The position numbers and the translations under genes are program-made. The notes below the pieces were generated by a model. The model searched no databases. It was given only the letters and a program-made list of their open reading frames with translations, and was not told where the DNA came from. This document shows, piece after piece, positions 59,707 to 64,000 of a stretch of DNA of 64,000 nt (positions are counted from its first letter, which is position 1; the number at the start of each line of letters is the position of its first letter). The stretch comes from Blastocatellia bacterium (GTDB lineage: Bacteria; Acidobacteriota; Blastocatellia; UBA7656): contig CAVXWP010000002.1 in assembly GCA_963765495.1 (NCBI GenBank), positions 352,001 through 416,000 on the forward strand, read 5' to 3'.

Positions 59707-62700
59707 TTGATGTTTTATTTACGTTCTACTTCAGGATTTCGCTCATTGATGAGGAAGTCTCTGGTATTCTCACTCAGCGCCCTTGTGACTCTCTCATCCA
59801 CAGGGGTTTTGTTCGCTCAAGATACCGCAAAGAGACCCGAGCCTCCCAGTACGGCTCGAAAAGCCGTGCCCTCTCCGCCACCTGCTGCGACGGTCAAGCC
59901 CTTAAAGCCGCGACAGACGGATTCGAGTGGTGAGACCGTGGGAATTCCATGGACCGGGAATAAGGGCGTGGAAGAAACCACCGAGCATATAATGATCCGC
60001 CAGGCAGAGCACGGGCCGGATTACGCGGACCCCGAAGAGACCGAAGAAGATATAGTCCGTCCCGACCGATCTCATCTTTCGAAGAACCCTGATTCGCCAA
60101 ACGTGGCGCAATGGCCTCCCCGCGATCCTTCCGCACCTGCGCCCGCGCCCTCAAACCCGCAGACACCGGGAGTGAGTTTTACAGGCGCTACCTTGAGCGA
60201 AACGAGCGCGTTCCCCCCTGACACGATGGGCGCTGTCGGCCCGTCGCAATTCATAGTAGCCGTAAACAATCGCATAAAGACTTTTAATAAAGTTACGGGC
60301 GTTGCCGATGGAGTGCTCAATACCTCCACAAATTTATTCTTTAACTCTGTGCGAAACGGATCATCTACGAGCGATCCTCGCATCCGCTATGATAGGTTGA
60401 CCGACCGATGGTTCATACTGATCATCAATGTTCCGACCCCAAACAGAGTCTTGCTCGCGGTCAGCAACAACGGGACCATAACGGCCGGGACGGTCTGGAC
60501 CTTCTTCTTCTTCCAGCAGGACCAGGCACCACCAGCAGGAGATTCAAACTGCCTTGCCGATTATCCTACGCTGGGAATTGATGCAAATGCTCTTTACGTA
60601 GGCGTTAATCTGTTCTGTCCGAGTTACGGGGGAACCACGGCCTTTGTCATACGCAAAAGCTCGGTGCTTGGCGCGGGGCCGATTGTGGTCACGGCTTTTC
60701 GCAACCTGACGGGCAGCCCCGGCGGCTCTGGCATCTACACCCCGCAGGGCGTAGACAATTTTGACCCGGGCACGACCACAGGCTATCTCATCGGCGTTGA
60801 CAATATAAGTTTTGGCACGCTTGTCCTGCGCAAAGTCACAAACCCCGGCGGCACTCCCGTCTTGTCAGCCAATATACCCATAACGGTCCCCCAAACGTCT
60901 CTGCCTTTAACGGTGCGGCATCAGGGGAACACGGGCGGCTCGAACGGACAGCTTGATGCTCTGGATGACCGTTTGATTCAGGCGGTTATTCGCAACGGAA
61001 AACTTTGGACCGCGCACACAATCGGAGTAGACAACACAGGCGTATCCGATGGCGCTGCTCGAACTCGAAACGCATGCCGATGGTACCAATTTGACAACCT
61101 GGATAATGCTACGCCCACGCTTGTGCAATCTGGGACGCTGTTTACAGCATCGGCGACAAACACTACCAATGATCGCAACTACTGGATTCCCTCGGTAATG
61201 GTAAACGGACAGGGGCACATGGCATTGGGGTCGAGCATCGCCGGAACCAACGAGTTTGCGAATGCTGCAACCGCAGGCCGTCTGGCAAGTGATCCGCCGG
61301 GCACATTACAAGCCCCCATCCAACTGACGAACAGTGCGACGGCCTATAACCCGCCGGGTGATAACGGCTCCGGGCGCGGCTACCGCCGATGGGGAGATTA
61401 CTCTTACACCAGTCTCGATCCCTGCGACGACATGACGATGTGGACCATACAGGAATTCTGCGAATCCGCAAACTCCTATAGTGTTCGAGTAGTTCAACTG
61501 TTTGCGCCTCCACCTGCTACGCCGACAAGCGCAAGCCCGTCTTCCGTTCCAGCCGGGCAGGCTTCGGTCAATGTGCAGGTCAGCGCAGATCAGATCAATG
61601 GATCGGCATTTTATGACCCGGGCGCAGGCTTCAACTGCCACATCGGTGCCACCGTCAGCGGCGGCGTCGTTGTAAACAGCGTCACTTATAACGGGACAAA
61701 ATCAATTACGCTCAATATCTCTACCTTGAGTGCAACAAACGGCCCGAAGGACGTTACGGTAACAAATCCTGACGGGCAGAGCGTAACAGGCCAGGGCGTC
61801 TTTTCCGTCGGGGGAGGAGTTCCCTGCACATACTCAATCAACCCGACTAGCCAGAATTTTGTGGCTGCCGGCGGGACCGGAAGCGTAAGCGTTACCACAC
61901 AATCAGGCTGCGCGTGGACGGCCGTCAGCAACGCAGCATTCATTACGATCACTTCGGGCGCAAGCGGTACAGGCAATGGAACGGTTGGTTTCTCAGTTGC
62001 CCAAAATATCTTAACAAGTTCCCGCTCGGGGACTATGACGATAGCCGGGCAGACATTTACGGTGACCCAGGACCCGGCCTCAACCCAGTGCGTGACGGGG
62101 ATATCGCCTCCCTCAAATTCATTTGGGACAACCGGCGGCATTGGAATCATAAGCGTTACAACTCAGTCCAGTTGCAACTGGACCGCTGTCAGCGACTCGC
62201 CGTGGATATTCATCTCTACGGGGAGTAGCGGCACAGGCAACGGGAAGATCAGATACAATGTAGCGTTCAACTCCGGCAACAACCGGACGGGGACCATTAC
62301 CATAGGAGATTTCGTCCACACCGTATCGCAAAACGGGCCGGGCGGCGGCGGCTGCACATACTCGATCAATCCGACGAGTCAGAATTTTGGGGCAAGCGGC
62401 GGGACCGGCAGCGTAGGCGTCACCACACAATCAGGCTGCGCGTGGACTGCTGTCAGCAACACAGCATTCATTACCATCACTTCGGGCGCAAGCGGTTCAG
62501 GCAGCGGAAGTGTCAACTTCTCGGTTCAGGCCAATTCAACCACAAGCCCGCGTTCCGGGACTATGACTGTTGCCGGTCAGACCTTTACTGTTACTCAGGA
62601 CCCGGCAGCGGGGTCTTGTACATACTCAATCAATCCCACAAGCCAGAATTTTGTGGCTGCCGGTGGGACTGGAAGCGTAGGCGTCACCACACAATCAGGC

Positions 62701-63399
62701 TGCGCGTGGACTGCCGTCAGCAACGCAGCATTCATTACCATCACTTCGGGCGCAAGCGGTTCGGGCAGCGGAAGTGTCAACTTCTCGGTTCAGGCCAATC
62801 CTAATACCAGTTCTCGTTCGGGAACCATGACTGTCGCCGGTCAGACCTTTACCGTCACTCAGGACCCGGCAGCACAAAGTTGCACATACTCGATCAATCC
62901 GACGAGTCAGAATTTTGGGGCAAGCGGCGGGACCGGCAGCGTAGGCGTCACCACACAATCAGGCTGCGCGTGGACTGCCGTCAGCAACACAGCATTCATT
63001 ACCATCACTTCGGGCGCAAGCGGTTCAGGCAGCGGAAGTGTCAACTTCTCGGTTCAGGCCAATTCAACCACAAGCCCGCGTTCCGGGACTATGACTGTTG
63101 CCGGTCAGACCTTTACTGTTACTCAGGACCCGGCATCCGGTGGCGGATGTTCGGTTACGATCTCGCCGTCAGGTGGTAGTTTCAGTGCAACGGGCGGCAA
63201 GTCTACCATTACCGTAACGGCACCGGCAGGGTGCAACTGGACCGCCACATCCAGCGTAAACTGGGTACTGATAACATCCGGGTCAAGCGGCACGGGCAAC
63301 GGCAAGATCGTATTCTTTGTCGGCTTCAACACTTCTGGAGGCTCGCGCACAGGAACGATAACCGTTAACGACAAGACATACACGATCAATCAACTGTGA
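59707..63399 (+). CDS. Secreted paralog of the upstream gene with Ig-like domain and 6 BACON domains
   Basis: Same PPD/DYPTLG/RWGDYS core; six CTYSINP..-type repeats; GGAGGAG RBS (ATG at 59710). Confidence 0.82.
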   Translation: MMFYLRSTSGFRSLMRKSLVFSLSALVTLSSTGVLFAQDTAKRPEPPSTARKAVPSPPPAATVKPLKPRQTDSSGETVGIPWTGNKGVEETTEHIMIRQAEHGPDYADPEETEEDIVRPDRSHLSKNPDSPNVAQWPPRDPSAPAPAPSNPQTPGVSFTGATLSETSAFPPDTMGAVGPSQFIVAVNNRIKTFNKVTGVADGVLNTSTNLFFNSVRNGSSTSDPRIRYDRLTDRWFILIINVPTPNRVLLAVSNNGTITAGTVWTFFFFQQDQAPPAGDSNCLADYPTLGIDANALYVGVNLFCPSYGGTTAFVIRKSSVLGAGPIVVTAFRNLTGSPGGSGIYTPQGVDNFDPGTTTGYLIGVDNISFGTLVLRKVTNPGGTPVLSANIPITVPQTSLPLTVRHQGNTGGSNGQLDALDDRLIQAVIRNGKLWTAHTIGVDNTGVSDGAARTRNACRWYQFDNLDNATPTLVQSGTLFTASATNTTNDRNYWIPSVMVNGQGHMALGSSIAGTNEFANAATAGRLASDPPGTLQAPIQLTNSATAYNPPGDNGSGRGYRRWGDYSYTSLDPCDDMTMWTIQEFCESANSYSVRVVQLFAPPPATPTSASPSSVPAGQASVNVQVSADQINGSAFYDPGAGFNCHIGATVSGGVVVNSVTYNGTKSITLNISTLSATNGPKDVTVTNPDGQSVTGQGVFSVGGGVPCTYSINPTSQNFVAAGGTGSVSVTTQSGCAWTAVSNAAFITITSGASGTGNGTVGFSVAQNILTSSRSGTMTIAGQTFTVTQDPASTQCVTGISPPSNSFGTTGGIGIISVTTQSSCNWTAVSDSPWIFISTGSSGTGNGKIRYNVAFNSGNNRTGTITIGDFVHTVSQNGPGGGGCTYSINPTSQNFGASGGTGSVGVTTQSGCAWTAVSNTAFITITSGASGSGSGSVNFSVQANSTTSPRSGTMTVAGQTFTVTQDPAAGSCTYSINPTSQNFVAAGGTGSVGVTTQSGCAWTAVSNAAFITITSGASGSGSGSVNFSVQANPNTSSRSGTMTVAGQTFTVTQDPAAQSCTYSINPTSQNFGASGGTGSVGVTTQSGCAWTAVSNTAFITITSGASGSGSGSVNFSVQANSTTSPRSGTMTVAGQTFTVTQDPASGGGCSVTISPSGGSFSATGGKSTITVTAPAGCNWTATSSVNWVLITSGSSGTGNGKIVFFVGFNTSGGSRTGTITVNDKTYTINQL
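62353..63144 (+). repeat. Intragenic tandem repeat, 3 x 264 bp (BACON units)
   Basis: Units starting at 62353 and 62881 are nearly identical at DNA level; the 62617 unit is closely related. Confidence 0.85.
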
Positions 63400-63450
63400 T
63401 GTCAGTCTAATGCGCTACTCCAACCCCGCGCAGGTCGCGGATTAAAATTC

Positions 63451-63485
63451 AAAGGGCCGGTCACAGAAATGACCGGCCCTTTTCT
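63451..63485. terminator. Bidirectional Rho-independent terminator
   Basis: AAAGGGCCGGTCA-CAGAAA-TGACCGGCCCTTTT between convergent genes. Confidence 0.75.
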
Positions 63486-63506
63486 TATGCGGAAAACAAT
63501 GATTCA

Positions 63507-64000
63507 TCAACCGGCCTGTTTGAGAAAGGCTTTTACGCGCTCTGCAAGATCGTCGGTTGAGAACAGATCAGAGATTATTGCCAGGCTGTCGGCCCCCGTG
63601 GTCAGGGTCGATCTCACTCGGTCAAGGCTTATTCCCCCAATAGCAACAAGAGGCTTCGATATATGGGCTTTGACCTGCCTTATGATACCCGCACCGATTA
63701 CGGGATCAGGATTTACTTTCGTTGTAGTTTGGAAGACCGGGCCGAGGGCCACATAGTCTATCGGCATAGAATCGGCTTCCAGAGCCTGTTTTGGGTTATG
63801 GGTTGAATAACCGATGATGCGACCGGCACCCATAAGCTCTCGTGCCCGATCAGGCGGGAGATCATCCTGTCCAAGGTGAACGCCATCGGCGTTGACCGCG
63901 AGAGCGATGTCTACACGATCATTGATAATGATTTTGACACCCAGCCTACGCGCTACTTTCATCGCCTCAAGCGCCGCCAGATAAAACTCGCGCGGGGTCA
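63507..64000 (-). CDS. thiE: Thiamine-phosphate synthase, 5' end outside the window
   Basis: INDRVDIALA..ADGVHLGQDD, GYSTH, GPVFQTTTK, VAIGGI; frame is open to the window end. Confidence 0.92.
   Translation of the reverse strand, partial: TPREFYLAALEAMKVARRLGVKIIINDRVDIALAVNADGVHLGQDDLPPDRARELMGAGRIIGYSTHNPKQALEADSMPIDYVALGPVFQTTTKVNPDPVIGAGIIRQVKAHISKPLVAIGGISLDRVRSTLTTGADSLAIISDLFSTDDLAERVKAFLKQAG

Overview
Bacterial chromosomal window, probably Acidobacteriota/Blastocatellia-like (inferred from expanded Ser/Thr kinases, TPR-CHAT, BACON proteins and the intergenic repeat style). Housekeeping genes: mreBCD with two tandem mrdA (PBP2), xseB-ispA-dxs and tlyA, an aminotransferase, ppk1, thpR, mog, hslO, ctpA, thiolase, rhomboid, hbd, ssb and thiE. 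Accessory modules: (i) Ser/Thr kinase-TPR, an unannotated 40-aa Lys-rich peptide, a CPAF-like S41 protease and an FHA-TM-trypsin; (ii) a tandem pair of atypical thymidylate-kinase-like genes near ppk1, a candidate heteromeric polyP kinase; (iii) a Ser/Thr kinase-UvrD helicase fusion divergent from an orphan GAF-GAF-STAS protein; (iv) an ECF sigma/ChrR-like pair that shares a GAATCC-N16-GCGTAG motif with a cupredoxin operon next to copA; (v) an ECF sigma, soluble Zn-finger anti-sigma, TPR-CHAT protease and S8 protease cluster; (vi) three secreted BACON-repeat proteins. Intergenic spaces hold several palindromic repeat families and an ISAs1-like MITE with a 9-bp target-site duplication. No rRNA, tRNA or CRISPR array was recognised. 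All calls are by eye from motifs; no database searches were run.
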